Assembly (NCBI RefSeq): GCF_009914755.1
Contig: NC_060930.1
DNA from: the human T2T-CHM13v2.0 reference genome, Homo sapiens
Length of the DNA: 64,000 bases
Direction: 5' to 3' (one strand)
Both the position numbers and the translations under genes were made by a program. Below the pieces are notes generated by a model, which worked only from the letters and a program-made list of their open reading frames with translations, did no database searches and was not told the DNA's origin. Positions 52,716 to 64,000 of the stretch are shown piece by piece. How positions within the stretch are numbered: the stretch's first letter is position 1; every line of letters starts with the position of its first letter.

Positions 52716-53202
52716 CAGTGGTTCTCAAAGTGTGGTCCTCAGACCAGCAACATCAGCATCATCTAGGAAATTATTAGAAATGGCAGATTCTTGGTCCCTA
52801 CCCAGACGTACTGAATCAGAAGCTCTGGGGTTGGGGCTTAGTGATCTGTATTTTAACAAGCCTTTTGGGCCATGTGTTGGCAAACTTTCTTCTGGAAAGG
52901 GAAGGATAGTAAACATTTTAGGTTTTGCAGACCATATGGTCTCTGTGGCAATTGCTCGACCCTTCCCTTGCAGAGATAATATGAAAATGAGTGGACATGG
53001 CTGTGTGCCCAGATTACATGAAGTGAGGTATGTCTATATCTGCTGCATGTATTTTATAATTGATTTGGCTTTGTTTAATTTATGGACACTGAAATTTAAA
53101 TTTCATTTAATTCTTACATGTGGTGAAGTATTATTCTTCTTTTGACTGATCAGTCCTGCTCTAAGTGGTTCTGTGGCATGTTAACTTTTGTGAACCACTG
53201 CT
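52716..53202. mobile_element. MER5A interrupted by a MER58-like element (~52870-53150)
   Basis: CAGTGGTTCTCAAAGTGTGGTCC...TTTTAACAAG, then GTTGGCAAACTTT...TTTAGGTTTTGCAGACCAT, then TGTGAACCACTG. Confidence 0.65.
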
Positions 53203-54245
53203 AGAAGGTAAGTCAGAATCCAGGGCTCTTAGCCAGAGTTACTGAGCACAGGTATGCGGGGGCTGTCACCAGGTGGACACTTGACCTGAGCTGCAGCATA
53301 AATTCAGATCCAGGACACCAAGGACAATGCCACACCTGTGCTTTGACTCTGCTTTATAAGACCTGTGCCAAAAAATTAGATTTGGGGCAAAAGGGACTTA
53401 ACAGATAGGCTGGTCAGAGTGGCAGCTGGCAGGAGGAAGAGCACCTTAGGAAAAAGCCAGAGAGCAGGCCTGGAGGTCTCCTTCCCTCCCCACAGCTGCC
53501 ATGGACAGTCTGGAGGGCCATTACATTTCTCTATTTCTCAATTACTGCATCTATCAAATGAGAGTGGCCATAATTCATTATTGGGTAAGAGTGGAGACTA
53601 AATAAGATATGTGATGTGTCTGACGCGTTAGAAATCACAGCACTGAGTCCCTGGGCTTCCTCCCCTACCCGAGGGACCTTGAGGCAGAGGGTTGGAGCAT
53701 TTTGTGAAAACTGCAGGGCTGATTGATAAACTCTGGTGGGTCTGTCATAGAAACAGGCCAGAGGACTCAAACTGGTTCACCATAGAGCCAGAGGAGCAGC
53801 CAGTCCATAACATCTCACACTGCCAACCTGCTCAGGATCCCAGAATTTCCTGACCAGTAACTGAACAAGTCTTTCATGGCTATGTTGTTCTGTTCTGTTT
53901 TGTCTTCTTCCTTTGATCTAAGGTCAGCCTCTAAAATTTTTATTTTCTACCACTGGCTTGACTTCCATCCAGAATGCATAATCTTAGGAATGTCTACTCC
54001 CTTCAAGGGAACCTGACATCTATCAAAGTGTGATCTGTCACCCTAGCCCACAATAGTCTGACATAAAGACTTTTCCCAAAGTCTGGGTTTGTCAGCACTC
54101 ACCAGCACCACACATGAGACACCCACAGCCCTGTCTAGCTTGGAATGGAGTCAAGTTCACTCCAGTCTCTTTCAGTCTCTGATTTATCAAGCGTTCAACA
54201 CATGTTGATGTCCACTCTCAATGAGGTTCATTTTGTTCAAGCAGT

Positions 54246-54283
54246 TTCCTAGAATATTCCACGTCAGGAAGATGAAAGTGAAA
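54246..54283 (+). promoter_or_regulatory. Candidate intronic immune enhancer motif cluster
   Basis: TTCCTAGAA (GAS/BCL6), ACGTCA (CRE half), AGGAAG (ETS) and GAAAGTGAAA (IRF/ISRE) within 38 bp. Confidence 0.4.
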
Positions 54284-54564
54284 TAAGTTAAATAGAGCCA
54301 AAATTTGGTTGTAAGATGTACTGTGGAGCCTGAAACTCAGGTATCACCCTGGGAAGTAGAAGCAACACTTCATTCTTGCTCCACAAGCTCTACCCAATTA
54401 AAAAGTGGAGAGAAATGACTTAAAGGTGGCTCATGTTTGGACTGTCAAGAATATATTGTGTAGGGCCGTGGAGACGTGAGGTTCTCAACTGGAAGTGAAC
54501 CTGGCGATTTGGGTAGAGACTCAGATTAAAGCCATAAAGTAAATAGAATGAACACATGATTTTC

Positions 54565-54835
54565 TTTCTTTTTAAAAATTGTTTTATATTATTTCCAACT
54601 TCTATTTTAAGTTCAGGGGTACATGTGCAGGATGTGCAGGTTTGTTACATAGTTAAACGTGTGCCATGGTGAATAACTGCACAGATCATCCCATGATGAT
54701 CTGTGATACCATCCCATGATAACACCTAAGTATTAAGCCCAACGTCTATTAGCTATTTTTCCGATGCTCTCCCTCCTCCCATCCCCCACCCTCCAACAGA
54801 CCCCAGTGTGTGTTGTTTGCCCCAATGTGTCCAAG
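54565..54835 (-). mobile_element. 5'-truncated older L1PA 3' end with 15-bp TSD
   Basis: TTCAGGGGTACATGTGCAGGATGTGCAGGTTTGTTACATAG; TSD GAACACATGATTTTC at 54550-54564 and 54836-54850. Confidence 0.9.
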
Positions 54836-56381
54836 GAACACATGATTTTCACACTTGATAATAAGAGACATGTCAACTATCAAACCTGGTTCTGGCCAAA
54901 TTTCTATGAGTTCTGACCAGGGTAGATCAACCCAGGCAAAGTGGCCTTGGTTCCATAACACCAAGTGAGTAATACTCTTTCAAAAATAATTTGTGTATTG
55001 ATTCACAGACTGACTTGCAGATATCAATTGTACACAACCTACTGCCAAAATCAACTGAAATTAAAGGCTTAAGCGAGTTAAATAAATTGTGTGTGTGTGT
55101 GTGTGCATGTGTGTATACAACTGAGTGTATATGATTATGAATTAGAGTATCTGTAGGTCAAGGAATCTTCTCTGAGACCTTGAAAGCTGCGATTGATGTA
55201 ATTCAACCAATGAAAACCTGAGAGGACTTAATTATGCCTTATTCATGTCAGGATCCGAGAGAGGTGCAGAAGATAATGGTGCCCACAAGAACTGCTGATT
55301 CATGGCGCATCCATGCCTGCACAAGCCACTTCTCAGTATGAGCAAAATCCATTATGAAACACATTCAACAGATACACATACCTCCCTGTGTGCAAATGCA
55401 AGCTAGAGAAAATAATTAGGTTTAAACTTGATTTTAAATGCATTAATATTTAAAGCTTGCAATTAAAAGAAATATGATGACACCTTTTGCAATCTGAAGA
55501 ATCCTCTAGTTGAGAAAATAACTGGTCCCTGGTTTATCTTTTGTGTAAATCTGAACTTTCCTACTGTTTGACCGAAGTGAGAAATACATTATAATGAGAT
55601 GAATTTCAATATAAAACAGAGTAGATCCCCTGAGAACTGTATTTAAAGTCTGGCATAATATTGCCCATAAGGCAGATATTTTTGTGACAGCATCCAAGAG
55701 ATTCTGTTGTAATGCTCACTGATTTTATACATACAAATAAGTCAAAGGTGTAACCACGGTGGGTGCTTGTGGTTACCCATCTTCCCTTCCTTTTCATTAC
55801 GTTTCTTAATTAGATGTTTCTCTTCTGGTCCTGGTTCATGCTGAACACTAGGACCTGTGATCCTCCCAGTATCATTCATTGCAGAGCCTTCTCAATCTCA
55901 CTGTCTGCATCAATTCAAAATTCTGTCTTAACAATAATATCTAGATCAGCAGTCAGATCCCATCAGTTAGATTTCTATGGCCTCCTCTATTTCTGTTTCA
56001 ATGTGCTCCTTTCCACAGATCTAGGAAATGAAGGGAATTTGGGGGGAGTGCTGGGAATGCAATCTGTTTACTGCCTAGATTTGGAAAAAATCCACAAATG
56101 CTTTCTGCAAAATGCCTTACCCTCTGCGCTGCTGGAGTAGAAGACAGGGCTAAACCACCTTCCCAGCAGGTGCTACTTGAAGAAATTAATCTATGCTGAT
56201 GACCTGACAACCTCTCTAAAGCATGCTCCCAGCCATGGCCCCACTACCATGGGCTTCATGATTCAGTTGTTTCATGTTCACTGCACATACATTAACAAAT
56301 GCAAGCCCAGGAATTCAGGCATTGATTTAGGCTATAACAGAAGGGGAATAAGCAGCTTAACAGAAGCCTAAATTTAAAAAT

Positions 56382-56752
56382 ACAGTAGTCTCCTCTTACC
56401 TGATAGGGACATGTTCCAAGACCCCCAGTGCATGCCTAAAGCCATGAATAGTAACAAATTTTATATTTACTATTTTCCCCATATATACATATACCTATGA
56501 TAAAATTCAATTTATAAATTAGCCATAGTTAGAAATTAACAATAACAACTAATAAAATAGAACAATTATAACAATTTACTGTAATAAAAATATGTGAGTA
56601 TGGTCCCTCTTTCTCTTCCTCTCTGCCTTTCTCTCTCACTCTCTCTCTCCCTTTCTCTCTCTCTCTCAAAATACCGTAACATTTTCAGGCCACAGTTGAC
56701 CACAGGTAATTGAGACTGCAGAAAGTGAAACTGCAGATAAGGGGGACTATTG
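56382..56752 (-). mobile_element. MER44-family / Tigger7-related element
   Basis: TACAGTAGTCTCCTCTTA...TTCCAAGACCCCCAGTG...GATAAGGGGGACTATTGT termini. Confidence 0.7.
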
Positions 56753-57192
56753 TCTACTGTACATGTTTTCTAGGGTATCACCTATGTTATACTTGTTTGC
56801 TCACCTTTGATTTCTGGGCCATTTTAGACTTCCTGCTCCTTCAAAAGCTGCAGGCTTTCCATCCCCGCACTTCATTCCCAACCTTCCCCAATCCTAGCTT
56901 CTGGTCCTGCCCTTCAACTGCTGCCAGTATCCCCAGTGACAAAGTGGCTGAGATGGGAACTCATGTGCCTTGGCTCCTCTTCTCGTGGATGGATCTATAG
57001 AGCCATGGAGGGAGTGCTAGCTTTCTGTGACCTGGAAAATTGCACTATTTCACCTGCCATTATTATCCCCACTGTCATTTTGTAGCTGCAGGCAGCATGT
57101 TACCAAAACCAATATTATTATGGAAGCATTTCCTGTCCCCTGACTCATCAGACTGCAGTGCTGCCGCTGGAGAGCAGAGACCTTAGCCCAGT

Positions 57193-57620
57193 CCAGTGGT
57201 TCTCAACCTTGAGCAGGCATCAGCATCACCCGGAGCCCAGGTTCAACCACAGTTGCTGGACCTAGCCCCAGGGTTTCCAGTTTCGTACATCAGGTGGGGA
57301 GTCTGAGAATTTGCATTTCTTACAAGTCCCCCAGTGAGGCTGATGATGCTGGCCCAGGGACCACACTTTGAGAACCTCTAGCCTGGTGGTTATGCACAAG
57401 ATTTGAAGCCAGACCTACATAGAGCTGAATCTTTACTGCCACTTACCATTTATGTGAACTCAGACAAGTAACTTAATCTCTCTGAGCCTCAGTTTCGTCA
57501 TCTGTACAATATAGAAAATACAAGTGACCTCATGGGATAGTCATAAGGATAAAATGGGATAATACACATATAGCCCATAGAATGGCGTTCTGCACACAGC
57601 AAGCATTCAATAAGTGATCC
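57193..57620. mobile_element. MER5A followed by MIR
   Basis: CCAGTGGTTCTCAACC...CACACTTTGAGAACC; then ACAAGTAACTTAATCTCTCTGAGCCTCAGTTTC. Confidence 0.75.
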
Positions 57621-58201
57621 ATGGCAGCAACTTTGTGCAGCTGATGACAGGTTTCTCAAGCAAGGGCCCTGAGCCCCTCAAGTCATCATCTGTCTCAGAC
57701 TGGAAGTCTGCATTTTAACAAGGCCCATGAAGAGGCAGTGGAGTCATTGAGGCTTAGAAGTTTAAGACCTTTTCCTTACAGGTAGCAGGAAGATGCCTTT
57801 GGTCTAAGCCTGCATATTTTCTGATGGTTGAACAAGGCGAAGTTTCCCTGGCCCTCTTGTCCCTGTGGGGAGAGAGTGTCATTTGCATCTCTCATGGAAT
57901 TGGAAATTTGAAGCACCATCATCTCCCCTTCATTCCTTTCTTCCTTTCATGTATTATTCCTTGTCTCCAGACTTCAATGGTAGATTTCCTGCTTGTAAAT
58001 ACCAGGCAGCTGCTGCTGCAGCAAATTCATGCAGAATCACCAAAAACAATGGTTTACTTATTGCATTAGCCGAACTCCTACCCTCGAACTGCAAAAAAAA
58101 AAACAGAACTAAAAGCAGTAGCCACCCTCTAGAGGGTACAAGCAATGACTAAGCAAAAGAGTACTTTTTCTTGCTAAATGGAATGAAAGGAAGCATATTG
58201 G

Positions 58202-58507
58202 TTTTTTTTTTTTTTTTTTTTTAATGAGAAGGAGTCTCGCTCTGTCGCCCAGGCTGGAGTGCAGTGTGATGTGATCTCGGCTCACTGCAAGCTCCGCCTC
58301 CCAGGTTCATGCCATTCTCCTGCCTTAGCCTCCCGAGGAGCTGGGACTAGAGGCGCCCGCCATCACGCTCGGCTAATTTTTGTATTTTCAGTAGAGACAG
58401 GGTTTCACCTTGTTAGCCAGGATGGTCTCAATCTCCTGACCTCGTGATCAGCCCACCTCGGCCTCCCAAAGTGCTGGGATTACAGGCGTGAGCCACCGCA
58501 CCTGGCC
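58202..58507 (-). mobile_element. AluY, antisense to LY86
   Basis: GCAAGCTCCGCC, CCATTCTCC, TTAGCCAGGATGGTCTC, GACCTCGTGATC diagnostics. Confidence 0.9.
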
Positions 58508-59299
58508 ACATACTGTTTTTTAAGGAATTCTAGAGCCCTGGGTGCTTTCTCCCCATCCTCAAATGCAAGCATGTTTGTAAATGAGCCAACCATGCTGCAA
58601 CTGTACTTTGACATCAGTCAATTCTTTATGTTCCTTGAGCTCAGCATACTATGACTAAGGATGACCTAGGACCAGAAATACTTTTAATTTTCTAAGACAA
58701 ACTTCTTTACAAATCCTTGACCGTTATGGAATTTCATAAATCCAGCTCAGTGACATACTTTGATGTAATAATCCTTTAGGAAGCTAATTAAGATGGCCAA
58801 CTCACGACTCCCCCACATCACCCAATTGGATCCCAGAGCTGCTGGTATTTGCATTTTAAGAAACTAAACATCCCGAGAGCCCTGAGTGTGTGAGCCCGGA
58901 GCCCCCCAGTGTGAGAAACGCAGCCCTCTGTGATGTCTGTTTGTTTAGCTTTCCAGTCACATTACTCTTTCCCAGGGTTGCCCAGGTTTCTGAGGATCAA
59001 GTCAATTTCTTCTCTTTGCTTCCATCATCATCTACTTCATTTCCATTTCTAGGAATCTAATCAGCCCACCAATTTATAAGTCGTATTTTGAATGTCGTAT
59101 GAAGTATTTGTCCACAAAATTTAGGAACTGGTTGGTAGGTGGAACAAAAAAACTTAAATTCTTTTTGTTTTGCTGCTGGAAGTTAGGTATCTCTCAGAGG
59201 GGGAAGCTGGACAGCAGACAAACAGGGCTTGCAGACAGAATGCCACTGAAAAAGTCATTTTCCCTGCTAGGCCCCGCTTCCTCAGCAACGACTAAATAG

Positions 59300-59815
59300 T
59301 CGGCACCATCCAGACAGTAGCTACTGGCCCCTGCAGCCATTAAGTACTAGGAGCATGGCCAGTCCAAAGTGAAATGTACAGAATACACACCGGATTTTGA
59401 AGACTTGGTACAAAGTATGAAAAAAATAATGTAAATATCTCATTAAGACTCTTTATATTGGTTCCATGCTGAAATGGTAATATTTTTAATAAGTGGGTTA
59501 AACAAAATATATTACTAAATTAATTTCACTTATTTCCTCTTCCTTTTTTTGTATAGTTACTAGAAAGTTTTATGTCGCATATATGGTTCACATTATATTT
59601 CTCTTAGCCAGTGCTGATCTAGAATTGCACTGTCCAATATGACAGCCACAAGTCACATGTGGCTATTTGAAGAATTTACATTTAAGTTAAATTAAAAATT
59701 CAGTGCACCAGTCCTACCAGCCATATTTCAAGCTCCTAATAGCCACACATGCCTGGTGACTACTGTATTTGATGGCGTAGACACATTTTTGTGGAATGTT
59801 CTATTGCACAGATCT
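59300..59815. mobile_element. MER33-like plus MER3-like hAT-Charlie fossils
   Basis: ATACACACCGGATTTTGAAGACTTGGTAC...; CACTGTCCAATATGACAGCCACAAGTCACATGTGGCTATTT. Confidence 0.65.
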
Positions 59816-59841
59816 GACCTAGTAGTATCTATACTGCTCTA

Positions 59842-60345
59842 TTTTTTTTATTATTATTATACTTTAAGTTTTAGGGTACATGTGCACAATGTGCAGGCTA
59901 GTTACATATGTATACGTGTGCCATGCTGGTGTGCTGCACCCATTAACTCGTCATTTAGCATTAGTTATATCTCCTAATGCTATCCCTCCCCCCTCCCCCC
60001 ACCCCACAACAGTCCCCAGAGTGTGATGTTCCCCTTCCTGTGTCCATGTGTTCTCATTGTTCAATTCCCACCTATGAGTGAGAACATGCGCCCAGCCATC
60101 CCATTACTGGGTATATACCCAAAGGACTATAAATCATGCTGCTATAAAGACACATGCACACGTATGTTTATTGCGGCACTATTCACAATAGCAAAGACTT
60201 GGAACCAACCCACATGTCCAACAATGATAGACTGGATTAAGAAAATGTGGCACATATACACCATGGAATACTATGCAGCCATAAAAAATGATGAGTTCAT
60301 GTCCTTTGTAGGGACATGGATGAAATTGGAAATCATCATTCTCAG
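59842..60345 (-). mobile_element. Young L1PA (L1PA2/3-like), 5'-truncated with 5' inversion
   Basis: 59842-60090 is an antisense 3'UTR with T-rich tail; 60091-60345 is the sense-oriented ORF2 C-terminus (PAIPLLGIYPKDYKSCCYKDTCTRMFIAALF...). Confidence 0.92.
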
Positions 60346-60578
60346 CTCTAAAGTATTTTTAACAGTCCATCCTGAGCTCGTTTGTGAGTTTATGTTAGAA
60401 ATTCTACTCTCTGGCCCAGCCCTAAACCCAAGCACTTTCTCTTCTGCTCAAATCCTAGGTTACATCCGTGTCATGGTTCTGAAGGGCCCTTTGTGGACAG
60501 CACAAATACAAACAAGCCACCAGCCTTGTCCCTTCTCAGGCTCATCACCTGGTCCCTCCTTTCTTAATCCAAGGCCGC

Positions 60579-61020
60579 TGTATTAGCTTTCTATAGCTGC
60601 TGTAACAAATCACCATAAACGTAGCCATTGACAACACCATCAATTGATTCTCTTACAGTCTGGATATCAGAAAGCTAGCATCAAAGTATCATAGAATTGT
60701 GTTTCTTCTGGAGGCCCAGGGAAAGCCGGCTTTCTCGCCTTTTTCAGTTTCTAGAGGCTGCTGCGTTCCTCGGCCCGTAGTGGCATCACTCTACTTTCTG
60801 CTTCCATCTCCATCTGGCCTTCTCCTTCTGATCTCCTACCTCCCTCTTATAAGGACCTCTGTGATTACATTGGACCCCCCTGGGCCACACAGGGTAATCT
60901 CCCCATCTCAAAATCCTTAATTCAGTCACATCTGCAGAGTTCCTGTTGCCATATAAGGTAACATATTCACAGTTTCTGGGGATTATGATTTGGACCACTT
61001 TTGGGGGGTCCTGCACAACC
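60579..61020 (-). mobile_element. MLT1C/D-type MaLR LTR
   Basis: TGTATTAGCTTTCTATAGCTGCTGTAACAAATCACC...TAAGGTAACATATTCACAG. Confidence 0.75.
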
Positions 61021-61460
61021 CCCAAGTGGAAAACCAGCATGCCTTGCTGAACTCTGTGTGCCATGTGAAAAGGCCCAAAACTGTGTATAATACGGGAAAA
61101 ACTCAAACTCCATAGGTTTTCAATTAAAATGCTTTCATAGAAGTCCAACAACTCTGAGAACTTCACAGATAATGCGCTTGCTCACAAATCTGAGGCAAGA
61201 GATGAGTCTTTCTGTTAGGAGATTGTATCATTGCTCCCAAGGGCTTCCCTTATTGGGCCATTATTGTCACTCTTCCCCCATAAAACCACCACCTGCATGC
61301 CCTCTAACCAGAGGAGAAATGATTTGGCTAGGAGTCAATGACAGCCCATGTGCTGTGCCCATTCTTGGCAAAGAAAGATGGTAAGATGGCAAGGAGTCCT
61401 TCATCATGTTTGTCATGGAGAGAAAACCAGCTTCTATTAGGAATAAAAAGTGTAGGGAGA

Positions 61461-61935
<475 letters not shown>

Positions 61936-64000
61936 GGAGGGTAGAGATGAGTATATCTCTGAATCATTGCAGAGGCCTAAGGAGAGAACCATGAGTGAAG
62001 AAACCCAGGAAAAATTCTAATTTTATAAATGATTCATTACAAGTACACAGTGAATGTTTTCAAGTTGTAAATAACATTAAATTTCTCTAGGTAGTGAAAG
62101 GCCGTAAAATAAAATCTCACATGCCTCGTCAAACGGACAGGGAGAGATATCAAAGTAGAGTTAGCTGGAAGCAAAACTAAGATAACTTATGTATAGAAAA
62201 AGTCATCCAAACTCACATTATACAGTTATGAGTTCTCAAGTACACTTGTGATTCCAAAAACACCTCAGCAACTATTCCCAGAACACGCTGACCCTTCACA
62301 CAGCCAATGGGGTGAGACCAAATATGCTGGACATCCCCAAGTAACATTTAGAAATAAAGTTGAGCAAGTTCTAATTGTGGAGCAACAGAAATAATCCTCC
62401 AACAAACGGCCATTTGACTTGCCAAAGAGTCCCAAAGTTTTCAAATCCACTTTATTAGAGTTAACTTGATTTATTATAGGTTATTCCACTTATGCACTAT
62501 TGGACACTTGTGCGCTATTCAGGGACAGTAACTCTCCATCCAACTGAATGAAGAAAACAAAGACAGAGTTCACCGTGCCCCCCTCCTGCTTCCTCCAGTC
62601 CCTCTTTTCTAAAACTCACAGGCTTCCTCGCATACCCTGTTCCTCCCCTTGGAGCACAGCTGTGATCTTCACCTCTTGTCCCTGTCACTCAGCTCCTGTC
62701 TTCTCCCAGAGTGTGAGATTCAGAGAATTCAAAGAGATAATCCAGGGCATGAAAATTCTCATTCCTGGTCTTTGGCATAAAAGTCAAGGAACAGGTTCCA
62801 GGGCATTCGGGTACCATTTCTGAACTAGGTGGTTCCATCACAAGAAACAGGTGCAAACGTACCAGCAGCCAGGTGGCTAGGGCCACCACTAGCTCATCCA
62901 TGGTCTTGGTATACATTAGAAAAAGGGGCACCTTCTGCCAGGAAGTGTTTCTAGTTTGGGGTACCCCCAAGTAAAGCCAGGTTCAAGGACTTGGGGGTGG
63001 GTTGTACACTGGGCTGGGGTGCCAGGAAGCCAGGGTGATGGGGAAAGCCAGTAAGAGATGCATCAGGGAGCTGATTACCAGCACAGGGAGCTAGGGCTCC
63101 ATCCCTCAGCAACCCCTGGGGAACCGCAGCGTGTGCCTCAGAATTGTCCTTCTCAGGGTCAGGAGGCTTCAGGAGTTCACATCCCTGCACTTCCCAGTTG
63201 CCCTTCACGGGCTTCTCTGAAGCAGGAAAGCATGCAGAGGGGCAGCCCCTTGACATGGAGTAATGTCAGAGGCCCTGCTGATGCCCACTCCAGCAGCCGG
63301 GATTCCACCAGGGGCTGAGAGGATGTGGCCCCGACCCCTAAAAGCATATGCTGCTGGGATTCAGCCCAGTCCTTGGCTACAGGCCCTGACCCAGTAGGGC
63401 ACAGCTGGATTTCTGATCCCACTTAACCCTGAGCCAGGCACATTCTGTGCAACTGTATGGGGAGAACTGGAAGAACCCCCTCTGAAATGGAGCAGCCAAG
63501 CCTGCAGCACTGAGAGTCCCGGGAGGACCCCTCCAGGGGAGACACAGAGGACTCAGAGGCTCAGAGGATAAGAGTTGAATGGCCCGGGAGCTTGAGGAGA
63601 TGCCAAATTAGGACACACTGAAAAATAATACTAAAAAGTTACAATTAGGCCTGGCTTAGCTTGGAGCTTACCTACCCACACTGCCTGGAATCCATGGAAA
63701 CCTGAAGAAACCTCCAGCCTTTAAGGCCCACTGGGATCTAGCTACCATGACATTCGCCCTGAAGGCAGTGGACATTCTTATCAGTCCCTACTCCAAGGCA
63801 AGTTTGTTATTACCTTAAATGAGAGCCCTAACTTACCAGCTCCAAGTCTTAAGGGAACAGTAAGGACTACATCCTCGAGGGTCAGAAACTGAAGAAAGCA
63901 AAGCTTCAGATCAGAGGGGATGGGATGAGAAGCAGTGCCTGGGCCTTCCCCATCTTCCAGATCTGGTTCTCTCGGGAAATACCCAGAGGTAAGGAGAGGA

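Noticed and set aside
62950-63550. Possible ancient LTR fragment
   Set aside because: Could not be assigned to a family by eye; needs a Dfam search

Overview
Primate (most likely human) genomic DNA covering the 5' two-thirds of LY86 (MD-1, the secreted ML-domain partner of CD180/RP105) on the + strand. Coding exons are 9962-10097, 46121-46207 and 47488-47616. They splice into 117 codons matching the human MD-1 N-terminus as I recall it; the remaining exons lie beyond the window. A likely alternative upstream exon (donor at 9677, acceptor at 9953) and the antisense lncRNA LY86-AS1 (known from annotation) overlap the gene. The rest is intronic or intergenic sequence rich in repeats: two solo ERV9 LTR12C elements antisense to LY86, MaLR LTRs, about 11 Alus, a young 5'-inverted L1PA, MER1/5/20/44/58 DNA-transposon fossils, MIR/L2 and microsatellites. 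Nearly all ORFs in the track are repeat- or low-complexity-derived. I found no convincing new multi-gene system. The best leads are: (1) an upstream exon that splices in frame with an extra ATG (29-aa N-extended MD-1) and carries a strong-context uORF; (2) a 52-bp direct repeat bracketing the in-frame exon 2; (3) a tight GAS/BCL6-CRE-ETS-ISRE motif cluster in intron 3; (4) a pair of LTR12C antisense promoters; (5) several templated-insertion scars. Repeat subfamily names and ends were assigned by eye and are approximate.
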